In this document: piece by piece, positions 56,048-63,440 of the stretch
Numbering within the stretch: the stretch's first letter is position 1
Layout: each line of letters starts with the position of its first letter
Translations under genes and position numbers: made by a program
From: a virus
Taxonomy: Duplodnaviria; Caudoviricetes
IMG/VR virus record: IMGVR_UViG_3300037461_000655
Coordinates: 3,053-67,052 of that record
Strand: one strand, 5' to 3'
Length of the DNA stretch: 64,000 bases
The notes under the pieces: generated by a model
What the model was told of the DNA's origin: nothing
The model's database searches: none
What the model saw: only the letters and a program-made list of their open reading frames with translations

Positions 56048-57277
56048 ATGGCCACTTCGGTTCCACCCCCTGTCATCACGGACACTGGCTATGAAATGCC
56101 AGAAGAGGCCACAATTCTTGCTGCGGTGTTGTCTGATATTGATGCTGCCTTTGGTGGCGGGCTCAATCAGGAACTGTCTACGCCACAAGGGCAGTTAGCC
56201 TCATCTCTTGCTGCGATCATCGCTGATAAAGATCGGTGTTTCCTATCCTACGTGAACCAGATTGATCCCCAGTATGCACAGGGTCGAATGCAGGATGCAA
56301 TCGCATCCCTTTACTTTTTAAGCAGGATTCCTGCTCGATCTACTACAGTGATTTGCACTTGCACAGGATTAGAAAACACCGTCATCCCAGCAACCACCGC
56401 ACTTGCCAAGGACACTGCTGGAAACATCTACGCATGCACTGTGGGGGGAACGATTGATGCAACTGGCTCCATTGAATTGGAGTTCTACAATGTGGTCCCA
56501 GGCCCTACGGCTTGCCCAGCAGGCACGCTGACGGCCATTTATGGCTCCATTCCTGGGTGGGATACCATTACTAATGCTGCTGACGGTGCATTAGGTAATG
56601 CAGTAGAGACATCTCAGGAGTTTGAAGCGAGACGTTATGCATCTGTCTCAATCAATTCCCTAGGCAGTATCTCTTCTATCTATGGAGCTGTCGCAGCCTC
56701 CGGTGCCGATCTTGATCCTCCCAATATTCCGCTAGATGTGTATGTGGTTGATAATCGTAATGACATTGCTACTGAGGTCGGTGGGGTAACACTACTTCCC
56801 CATTCGGTTTATGTTGCAGCTGCGGGTGGTGATCCTGATTCAATTGGGATGGCTATTTGGAAGAAGACCTCAGTTGGTTGTAATTTCAACGGAGACACCA
56901 CAGTGGTGATTGAGGACACATCAGGTTATGATGCGCCCTACCCTACCTACACCGTAAAATATCAAGTTCCAGATGACTACGCTATTAAGTTCCGTGTCAG
57001 CATTGCCTCAAGTCCTAGCTTACCAGCAAACATTGTAACGCTGGTAAAGAATGCCATCGTAGATGCCTTTGCAGGGCTGGACGGGGGTTCACGCGCAAGG
57101 ATTGGTGCGGACATTTATGCAAGTCGATTCTACTATCCCGTTTCAACGTGCGCAACAGGGGTAGCAATCGTGTCGATCCTCGTAGGACACACTACCGCGA
57201 CTGCGAACAGCGTGGCAGTTAACATTGACCAATATCCAACCTTAACTGTTAGTGATATCACGGTATTCCTCGTATGA
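56048..57277 (+). CDS. Baseplate J-like wedge protein
   Basis: TPQGQLA.S, GRMQDAI, E...EFEARR..SV..N, VGC.FNG. Confidence 0.88.
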   Translation: MATSVPPPVITDTGYEMPEEATILAAVLSDIDAAFGGGLNQELSTPQGQLASSLAAIIADKDRCFLSYVNQIDPQYAQGRMQDAIASLYFLSRIPARSTTVICTCTGLENTVIPATTALAKDTAGNIYACTVGGTIDATGSIELEFYNVVPGPTACPAGTLTAIYGSIPGWDTITNAADGALGNAVETSQEFEARRYASVSINSLGSISSIYGAVAASGADLDPPNIPLDVYVVDNRNDIATEVGGVTLLPHSVYVAAAGGDPDSIGMAIWKKTSVGCNFNGDTTVVIEDTSGYDAPYPTYTVKYQVPDDYAIKFRVSIASSPSLPANIVTLVKNAIVDAFAGLDGGSRARIGADIYASRFYYPVSTCATGVAIVSILVGHTTATANSVAVNIDQYPTLTVSDITVFLV

Positions 57278-57930
57278 GAGATGTTGACGAAACCATCATC
57301 AGTCAATACGCAAATAGCCCGCGTCTCCTCCAGATCATTCGTGACATGGATGAAGCGATTGATCCTAGAACAGACCTCGATGATTTTTATAATAACGTCT
57401 GGAACCTGGCTACAGCACAAACATGGGGCTTGGATGTGTGGGGTCGGATTGTCGGGGTTTCGCGAGTGCTACGGTTACCAGGAGCCTTAACCAGCGTGTT
57501 TGGGTTTTCTGAAGCGACAGGATGTCAGCCCTTCGGACAAGCCCCGTTCTATTCACCACAGACAAACTTCACACCCTACATACTACCTGACGAAGCTTTT
57601 CGTGCTATGATCTACGTTAAAGCTCTAGCAAACATCTCAGGCTGTTCCTTTGATACATTGAACCGAGCTATGCAGCAGATCTTCCTAGACTATGGACGCT
57701 GCTACGTGCACAGCAATGGTTTGATGAAGATGCGGTATGTGTTTGAGTTTGTAGTCCCACCAACTCAGTTAGCTATTCTTCTGAATTCTAATGTTCTACC
57801 ACGCCCAACCGGTGTAAAGCTCTTTGTCCTAGAGTGCATTCCTTCTTCAACCTTCGGTTTCAATGGTTCGGGCATGCAGCCCTTCGGCCAAGGAACCTTC
57901 TCTACTGGAGAGACCAATGTCAGCGCCTAG
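57274..57930 (+). CDS. DUF2612-family baseplate wedge protein
   Basis: TIISQYANSP, WNL.TA..WGLD.WGRIVG..R, KALANI, LPRPTGV. Confidence 0.85.
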   Translation: MRDVDETIISQYANSPRLLQIIRDMDEAIDPRTDLDDFYNNVWNLATAQTWGLDVWGRIVGVSRVLRLPGALTSVFGFSEATGCQPFGQAPFYSPQTNFTPYILPDEAFRAMIYVKALANISGCSFDTLNRAMQQIFLDYGRCYVHSNGLMKMRYVFEFVVPPTQLAILLNSNVLPRPTGVKLFVLECIPSSTFGFNGSGMQPFGQGTFSTGETNVSA

Positions 57931-59062
57931 CTTGCCTGATTTCTTTACCATCCCTTTCGCTGACTCCGGCGCTAAGAACGTCATCCCTACAGCGTCCGCT
58001 CCTCCACTAGCCTCTTTGACGGATGGCTTCCCTCCGGAGACAATGCAGCCTCTTGAGAGTGGAGGCGTTCCTCCCGCAGGTGAGGACTTCAACGGTATCC
58101 TGAATTGGATTACCAAATGGCTAGCCTACATGGGCGCAGGAGGGCGTGTCCCGTTTAATTCTGCTTTGTCAACTGCTATGGGAGGCTATTCCGCAGGCAT
58201 GATCGTACAGTCTGATGATGGGGCCAGTGAGTACGTCTCCCTTATCGACAGCAACACCTATGACCCAAATACTTCTTCAAATGTTGGGCCTTACTGGGCA
58301 CCTTATTCGGGAGCTGCATCCTGTAATGGCATGTATGCTATTGACACAGGGACTGCGAATGCTTACATCATTGCAGTGAATCCACCGCTTACTGCTAACG
58401 CGGATGGCCGCCGAGTGGCATTCAAAGCCACCGTTAGTAACACAGGAGCCTCAACGCTTAATGCGGGTGGTGGTGCTACCAATCTTAGACGTAATGATGG
58501 CACCGCAATGGTATCAGGTGACATTCTTGCAGGAGCTATTTACGATTGTATTTATGATGCAAGCTCCAATACCTTCATCATGACAACCCCTGTCATTTCA
58601 CAATACGCCCCACTTTATGCGCCTGAAGTGCCTACAGGAACAATTCTGAGCTTTGCTAGTTCTGTCGCTCCAAGTGGTTACCTATTGTGTGATGGTGCTG
58701 CTGTCTCACGTACAACTTACGCAGCCCTCTACTCATTAGTGGGAAATTTGTATGGGTCAGGCGACGGTTCAACTACCTTCAATGTCCCTGATTTACGTGG
58801 GCGTGTTGCGATGGGCGCAGGCCAAGGAGCTGGGCTAGAGAACCGAGTACTTGCAAATACACACGGCACTGAAACGCATACCCTTTCCATCGCAGAAATG
58901 CCCTCGCATACCCATGGGCTCCAAGTGATAACAGGGTCTGGGGCTTATGACAATGGCTCATATTACGGCAATTACCCAGGTAATACAAGTGCAGCAGGCG
59001 GTGGTGGAGCCCACAATAACATACAACCGTCACTCGTTCTTTCCGCTATCATCAAGACTTAA
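57917..59062 (+). CDS. Tail fibre protein with C-terminal collar domain
   Basis: PFA.SG.KN.IP, GFPP.TM.P...GG.PP.G.DFNG.L; collar VPTG.I..F......GYL.CDG..VSRTTYA.LY...G...G.GDGSTTFNVPDLRGR; ATG 57917. Confidence 0.88.
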   Translation: MSAPSLPDFFTIPFADSGAKNVIPTASAPPLASLTDGFPPETMQPLESGGVPPAGEDFNGILNWITKWLAYMGAGGRVPFNSALSTAMGGYSAGMIVQSDDGASEYVSLIDSNTYDPNTSSNVGPYWAPYSGAASCNGMYAIDTGTANAYIIAVNPPLTANADGRRVAFKATVSNTGASTLNAGGGATNLRRNDGTAMVSGDILAGAIYDCIYDASSNTFIMTTPVISQYAPLYAPEVPTGTILSFASSVAPSGYLLCDGAAVSRTTYAALYSLVGNLYGSGDGSTTFNVPDLRGRVAMGAGQGAGLENRVLANTHGTETHTLSIAEMPSHTHGLQVITGSGAYDNGSYYGNYPGNTSAAGGGGAHNNIQPSLVLSAIIKT

Positions 59063-61064
59063 GCGAAGTTATCAGCTCGATGATCTGCTCCCGGACCTTG
59101 TCTGGGAGCGGTCGTTTGAGTAGTTCTTCGATATATTGGCGGATGTTCTCGTGTTGGTGAAGGGCTACCAGGGCTTGTATGAGGAGGAACAGCCCTTTCC
59201 ATTGTGCCCACTCTGGCTCTAAAAATTCTGAGGTAGATGGATCAGGCTTCGGCGCATAGGCACAGGCTAAGGCCCAAGCTCGTGCAAGCGCTGGGAGTCC
59301 GTTATCAAGGGCATATTGGGCCAGCTCACCCCACACCTCAACACGAGTGGGGCACATAGTCACAGCTTGCAGATAAGCGTTTGTGATGTCTGTGGCATCG
59401 CACTGCTGCATCGTAAGAATACGCCCACAGGTCAACAGAGTATAGTAAGCCATACCCTTTTGAGGGCCTGGGTTCTCTGTAAACCTGCTAAATGCTGCGA
59501 GTGCTTTGGCAAGCCACTGGTCACGGTCTTCTCCTGGTTCAGTGGAACGGGCCTTGTTCCAGCATGCCTCACCAAGAAAGAAATAATCACGCAGCTCAGT
59601 ATTTGTGCTCAGGGTCTCGATATCATCCTCTAGCTTCCTTGGATTCTTGGATCGCTGCCCATCCTGCTCTGTGCGAATGTGGGTAGCACTTATTGGATTT
59701 TCAAAACTGCCAAGGACCATAGCCGATGGAACTTCGCCATGGATAAAGGGTGCTTCATGCAATCTACCTTTCCACTCCCATCCAAGAATGTTGCGAATGA
59801 AGGTAAGACGTTTGTTAAGGCGATTAGTGATGCTGACCATTGGTACCACAACTCCAGGTGTTATGGTACGGGCTAACGTTTCAAGCACTTCATGCAAATC
59901 AAATTCACCCCATTCATCAGCATCCATCAAGAGGAGCCATTCACAGTCTGTGGTCCTGGCTAATGCGTAAGCTTCATTGCGGGCTTCTGAAAAATCCTTA
60001 CGCCAACGGATATGCTTGCGATGGTATTTGATGTCGTTCCCAAGAGCCCAATGACGGGCGAGATCATCCACATCCCCCTCTTCATTCGTTTCGCTGCTGT
60101 CTACAATGATAAGATCAGTGATTAGGCCATACGTAGAGTCAAGACACCGTTCTAATACATGTGTCTCATCCGCACCTTTATCATTCTTCACAATCATTGT
60201 GAGACCGATCCGAGGTTTAGGATACTGCGGTTTCATCGTCTCCAAGATGCGCAGTAACTCCTCGGGTGAGGATGATTCTCCACTTGCTTTGTCCTGAAGT
60301 GCTTGTATCTTCTGCGCAATACCAAGCATTGCAGCCCAATCTCGGTATGTGATGCTATGGCCATGGTCGAGCCAATACTGCCAGAGCGCATAATGCGCAC
60401 GGAGGAAGCCACCTTTGAGAAGGCCCTCGGTGCTGCTCATTTGATCAGTATGAGTGCGCAGAGAGACTGTGGGCTGCGCAAGGTAGGCTTGATCACCAAG
60501 TTTACTCAATCGCTGCCACCAGAACCAGTCACGAGCTAATGCGCCTTCACCGGGATAGTCTGCTGAGAAGTCAAGATCAGTACGACGGAACATTCCCGAG
60601 GGCCAGGGGACATTACAATCGATGAACAGGCGGTTGAATGGCGCTGCATTAGAGAGCACATCCATTGGGGCAATACGGCCCATACTCAGGAACCCTAAGA
60701 CCACCCCCATTCTGTCGTGCCCCTGTACAGAGGAGAAGACAAAAGCTAGCTCCGGGTTTTCTTCAAGGACACGAGCACGTCGGGCAAGAGAGTCGTCTCC
60801 CAGCAGCCAATCATCATCAGGGAGACTACAGATGTAGTCACCAGTTGCGACACTGAAGAGGTGAGGATCTCCTTTCTGAAATAGGCGGATACATCCGTGC
60901 TTGCTTGCGTAGTCAGCAAGGACGGCAGGCGTATTGTCCGTACTGCCATCATCAAGAATGAGTAGCTCAAGATCAACTCCTTTCTGGTTGAGGACAGTGC
61001 CGATAGACTCAGGTAGCCAATGGGCGCGGTCTTTCGTGTACATGCAGACGCTTACTTTGGACAT
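59052..61064 (-). CDS. Tandem glycosyltransferase: GT2, second GT2 (SunS-like), TPR-like helical C-terminus
   Basis: Domain 1: VSVCMYTKDR, LILDDGSTDNT, LPDDD. Domain 2: IGLTMIVKN..E...LERCLDS, WRKDFSEARN, LLMDADE, W.GRLHE. Helical repeats follow. Confidence 0.88.
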   Translation of the reverse strand: MSKVSVCMYTKDRAHWLPESIGTVLNQKGVDLELLILDDGSTDNTPAVLADYASKHGCIRLFQKGDPHLFSVATGDYICSLPDDDWLLGDDSLARRARVLEENPELAFVFSSVQGHDRMGVVLGFLSMGRIAPMDVLSNAAPFNRLFIDCNVPWPSGMFRRTDLDFSADYPGEGALARDWFWWQRLSKLGDQAYLAQPTVSLRTHTDQMSSTEGLLKGGFLRAHYALWQYWLDHGHSITYRDWAAMLGIAQKIQALQDKASGESSSPEELLRILETMKPQYPKPRIGLTMIVKNDKGADETHVLERCLDSTYGLITDLIIVDSSETNEEGDVDDLARHWALGNDIKYHRKHIRWRKDFSEARNEAYALARTTDCEWLLLMDADEWGEFDLHEVLETLARTITPGVVVPMVSITNRLNKRLTFIRNILGWEWKGRLHEAPFIHGEVPSAMVLGSFENPISATHIRTEQDGQRSKNPRKLEDDIETLSTNTELRDYFFLGEACWNKARSTEPGEDRDQWLAKALAAFSRFTENPGPQKGMAYYTLLTCGRILTMQQCDATDITNAYLQAVTMCPTRVEVWGELAQYALDNGLPALARAWALACAYAPKPDPSTSEFLEPEWAQWKGLFLLIQALVALHQHENIRQYIEELLKRPLPDKVREQIIELITSLKS

Positions 61065-61288
61065 TTAGGACTCCTAACTGTTAAATTTCTATATTTCGCA
61101 ACACTAGTCTCACACGCTGCAAGGGCGTGTGTAAGGGTTTGTGAGGTGCCTTTACGTAGCACATTGGTAATCTTAAAATGAACAGCCCAGCAATATCCTG
61201 TAGGGGTTGACTGCACCCAACCATCAGCATTGTCTTTTGCTAAGTGAAAAGACATTGCAGTTACTTCCCATTGAAGACAGACTTTCAT
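61052..61288 (-). CDS. Small hypothetical protein
   Basis: ORF track; ATG 61288 coupled to the upstream mini-ORF. Confidence 0.5.
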   Translation of the reverse strand: MKVCLQWEVTAMSFHLAKDNADGWVQSTPTGYCWAVHFKITNVLRKGTSQTLTHALAACETSVAKYRNLTVRSPKCPK

Positions 61289-61344
61289 CGGTTCACCCTT
61301 GCCTTATCGATTAATTCATAGTCAGTGCCATCAATTCGGATCAT
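61285..61344 (-). CDS. 19-aa mini-ORF MIRIDGTDYELIDKARVNR
   Basis: ATG 5 nt after the AAGGGAG of junction element 1; TGA overlaps the next ATG. Confidence 0.4.
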   Translation of the reverse strand: MIRIDGTDYELIDKARVNR

Positions 61345-61349
61345 CGCGT

Positions 61350-61366
61350 CTCCCTTGTGGTGTTAG
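61350..61366 (-). repeat. 17-bp junction element copy 1, CTAACACCACAAGGGAG
   Basis: Identical copies at 61350, 62113 and 63421. Confidence 0.95.
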
Positions 61367-61381
61367 ACCGCCTAATCCGTG

Positions 61382-61630
61382 TTAGGCATCCAATCCGTGG
61401 TCTCGGAGGGTTTGCGTGTATGCAGCGTCGTACGCAGCTTGTCCATTAGCCACGGCGCGAGCCACAATATCACCAGCAACCCATAGCGGCTCGCCTTTCA
61501 GCATAACCAGCACATCCCCCGATTTTGCGCTTGGTTTTGGCAACACCCAGCCTAACCCATCGCTCAACCCGGAATCAGCCGTGACTTCTTCCTTCGTTTC
61601 ATTGTTCTCGTCCATTGTTTCGTCCTCCAT
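61382..61630 (-). CDS. Small hypothetical protein that starts inside attC site B
   Basis: ATG 61630 or 61615 with GGAGG; ADSGLSDGLG is encoded by the attC arm; stop TAA lies in GCCTAAC. Confidence 0.6.
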   Translation of the reverse strand: MEDETMDENNETKEEVTADSGLSDGLGWVLPKPSAKSGDVLVMLKGEPLWVAGDIVARAVANGQAAYDAAYTQTLRDHGLDA

Positions 61631-61674
61631 ATTTGCCGATTAAACGGCTGGTCCGGTTAGCTTGGTCGTTAGGC
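61550..61674 (+). mobile_element. Integron attC-type recombination site B (125 bp)
   Basis: GCCTAAC-CCATC-GCTCAAC-C-CGG-A-ATCAGCCG ... CGGCTGGT-CCG-GTTAGC-TTGGTC-GTTAGGC: R''/L''/L'/R' boxes, 5- and 6-nt spacers, three extrahelical bases. Confidence 0.8.
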
Positions 61675-61890
61675 GCTCTTTCGCCGGTTCCATCTCCGCA
61701 CAGCCAGGGTCAACATCGAGCGCTTGTCGCCACGCTCGTAACCCTCTCCGACATAGAATGTTTCCAGAATGAGGCCGCACTTAAAACACTCTATCTGCCA
61801 GCTCCCGTTAGCCGCCAGCTCGTCTGGTAGATCAATCAATTCTGGTTCTCTGCCACATAGCGGGCAAGGTTTGAGCTTCGCTGTTCCCAT
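61669..61890 (-). CDS. Lar-like (restriction alleviation) zinc-ribbon protein
   Basis: LKPCPLCG...WQIECFKCG...AVRRWNRR; stop codon inside the attC B core. Confidence 0.75.
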   Translation of the reverse strand: MGTAKLKPCPLCGREPELIDLPDELAANGSWQIECFKCGLILETFYVGEGYERGDKRSMLTLAVRRWNRRKSA

Positions 61891-61907
61891 CTCTCCACCA
61901 CCGTCGC

Positions 61908-62005
61908 GCCTAACCAGGCGCTCAACTCGGACCCGTTAGCCACGGTCCGCTTTCATCATCCAAGGCCCAGTCTGGCTAACGGGCCGGTTAGCTCCATCGT
62001 TAGGT
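61908..62005 (+). mobile_element. Integron attC-type recombination site A (98 bp)
   Basis: GCCTAAC-CAGGC-GCTCAAC-T-CGG-A-CCCGTTAGCCA ... TGGCTAACGGG-CCG-GTTAGC-TCCATC-GTTAGGT. Confidence 0.85.
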
Positions 62006-62107
62006 GGCCTCATTCAGACGGCGCATGAGGGTTTGAAATGCCAAGGCAGCACATTGCGGAACCTGGCCGTTGCCAATAGCGTGGAGTCGCTCCACCCCAA
62101 AGGCCAT
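62000..62107 (-). pseudogene. 35-codon C-terminal remnant of a C5 cytosine DNA methyltransferase
   Basis: MAFGVERLHAIGNGQVPQCAALAFQTL matches the motif X end (RL.A.GNGQVP..AA.A) of phage Dcm-like enzymes. Confidence 0.7.
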
Positions 62108-62112
62108 CACTA

Positions 62113-62129
62113 CTCCCTTGTGGTGTTAG
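62113..62129 (-). repeat. 17-bp junction element copy 2
   Basis: Contains the upstream gene's TAA and the downstream RBS. Confidence 0.95.
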
Positions 62130-62359
62130 GATTTGGAAAACATCGCGCATTTTCCTGCGTCGTCTTGAGCATCGACGGGGATTAACATGTCGAGAATGAC
62201 CTTCCCTGGAGGCTCTTTCTCGTTGCAAAGATCGTAGGCATAGAGAAAATGTGCGTCCATTATGGGACAGCCTCCATCTTTGTCTTGGTGAATGCAGCGT
62301 GAACAATACCTAGCGGCATAATAGGCTTGTTCGAGACCGTTCGAAAAATATGCCATCAT
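62126..62359 (-). CDS. Small Cys-rich phage hypothetical protein (YFSNG...YC.RC.H...CP)
   Basis: RBS GGGAG before ATG ATG at 62359/62356; stop codon inside junction element 2. Confidence 0.7.
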   Translation of the reverse strand: MMAYFSNGLEQAYYAARYCSRCIHQDKDGGCPIMDAHFLYAYDLCNEKEPPGKVILDMLIPVDAQDDAGKCAMFSKS

Positions 62360-62389
62360 TTCTCCCAAAGTGGACAATCAAACGCGGGT

Positions 62390-63142
62390 TCACAAGTTTT
62401 CACGTAGCGCCTCCGCCTGAAACCTTTCGGCTAGTCGCAGCGCTTCCGCACGAGTGAAATCAAAAGCCCTCACTCTTTGTTCGCATGTCTCGCTTCCATC
62501 ATTCGGGAATTGTCCCAAATTGCTATCTCGAATCCCAATCGCGTCCCACTCGTCAACTGGTTTCCATAGGCATCCCATTCTCACCCACGGGCACCCTTCC
62601 GCAGTAGCGAATGCCCAGCATTCATACGGATAGAGCCCCGAGAACACTGACAGACTATGTATTTTTATTGCATCGCCAAGATCGGTCCCGCGAAGATCGG
62701 TCCCGCTAAGAACGGCCCCGCGAAGAACGGCATCGCTAAGATCGGCCCGGCGAAGATCGGCCCGGCTAAGATCGGCCCCGCTAAGAACGGCCTCGCTAAG
62801 ATCGGCCCCGCTAAGATCGGCATCGCTAAGATCGGTCCCGCTAAGAACGGCCCGGCTAAGATCGGCCCCGCTAAGAACGGCATCGCGAAGATCGGCATTG
62901 CCAAGATCGGCCCCGCTAAGAACGGCATCGCGAAGATCGGCCCGGCTAAGAACGGCCCGGCTAAGATCGGCCCGGCTAAGATCGGCCCCGCTAAGATCGG
63001 CATCGCTAAGATCGGCCCCGCGAAGATCGGTCCCGCGAAGATCGGTCCCGCTAAGAACGGCCCGGTTTCCGTTCCCATTCTCTAGCCATTTTTCGTGTTT
63101 AGCCCGTACGGTTTGGAGCTCGTCTAGTGTGTAACGTTTCAT
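62390..63142 (-). CDS. Pentapeptide repeat protein with a C-terminal accessory domain
   Basis: 26 A(D/V)L(S/R)x units; H.KWL N-terminus; VRMGC...EW C-terminus. Confidence 0.92.
   Translation of the reverse strand: MKRYTLDELQTVRAKHEKWLENGNGNRAVLSGTDLRGTDLRGADLSDADLSGADLSRADLSRAVLSRADLRDAVLSGADLGNADLRDAVLSGADLSRAVLSGTDLSDADLSGADLSEAVLSGADLSRADLRRADLSDAVLRGAVLSGTDLRGTDLGDAIKIHSLSVFSGLYPYECWAFATAEGCPWVRMGCLWKPVDEWDAIGIRDSNLGQFPNDGSETCEQRVRAFDFTRAEALRLAERFQAEALRENL
62672..63061. repeat. 15-bp tandem repeat, 26 units, minus-strand consensus (G/A)CC-G(A/T)T-CTT-(A/C/G)GC-NNN
   Basis: Directly visible. Confidence 0.95.
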
Positions 63143-63205
63143 TTCTGCGCCTCCGCGATCATCTTCTGGTTCTGTGGTGAGATTTTTTTCGTGGTTGCGA
63201 TTATT

Positions 63206-63418
63206 TCAACGAGGTGGCGTAGTGCTGATTTTCGTGTGGGCGTGTTGGGGAGGCTCTGGCGCGGCCTTGCGGAGTGAGTGGACGAGTTTTCGAATCAACA
63301 TAGCCATGTCGTCCATCTCTGCCACGCGGGCAGCGATATGGTCCAGCGCTTTATGGCATTCATCGCACGGATGCTTTTTAGACATTGCTTTGTGTAAGAT
63401 CGCTATATCATCCATCAT
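63206..63418 (-). CDS. Small hypothetical protein (MLIRKLVHSLRKAAP motif), C-terminus possibly truncated
   Basis: ATG follows junction element 3. Confidence 0.6.
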   Translation of the reverse strand: MMDDIAILHKAMSKKHPCDECHKALDHIAARVAEMDDMAMLIRKLVHSLRKAAPEPPQHAHTKISTTPPR

Positions 63419-63420
63419 CC

Positions 63421-63437
63421 CTCCCTTGTGGTGTTAG
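63421..63437 (-). repeat. 17-bp junction element copy 3
   Basis: Three nt downstream of the upstream TGA and directly before the next start. Confidence 0.95.
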
Positions 63438-63440
63438 TCG

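Noticed and set aside
7052-63061. Diversity-generating retroelement behind the variable repeats
   Set aside because: No reverse transcriptase or TR/VR pair seen, and adenines in the repeat units are invariant.
62657-63134. AKIGP, GPILA and RSARL repeat ORFs
   Set aside because: Shadow frames of the pentapeptide repeat gene.
62370-63260. Additional degenerate attC half-sites (TGTGAAC near 62390, ACAGAAC near 63170, CCCCAAC near 63250)
   Set aside because: Core-like heptamers are present near gene ends, but I could not find complementary arms; left for a covariance-model search.
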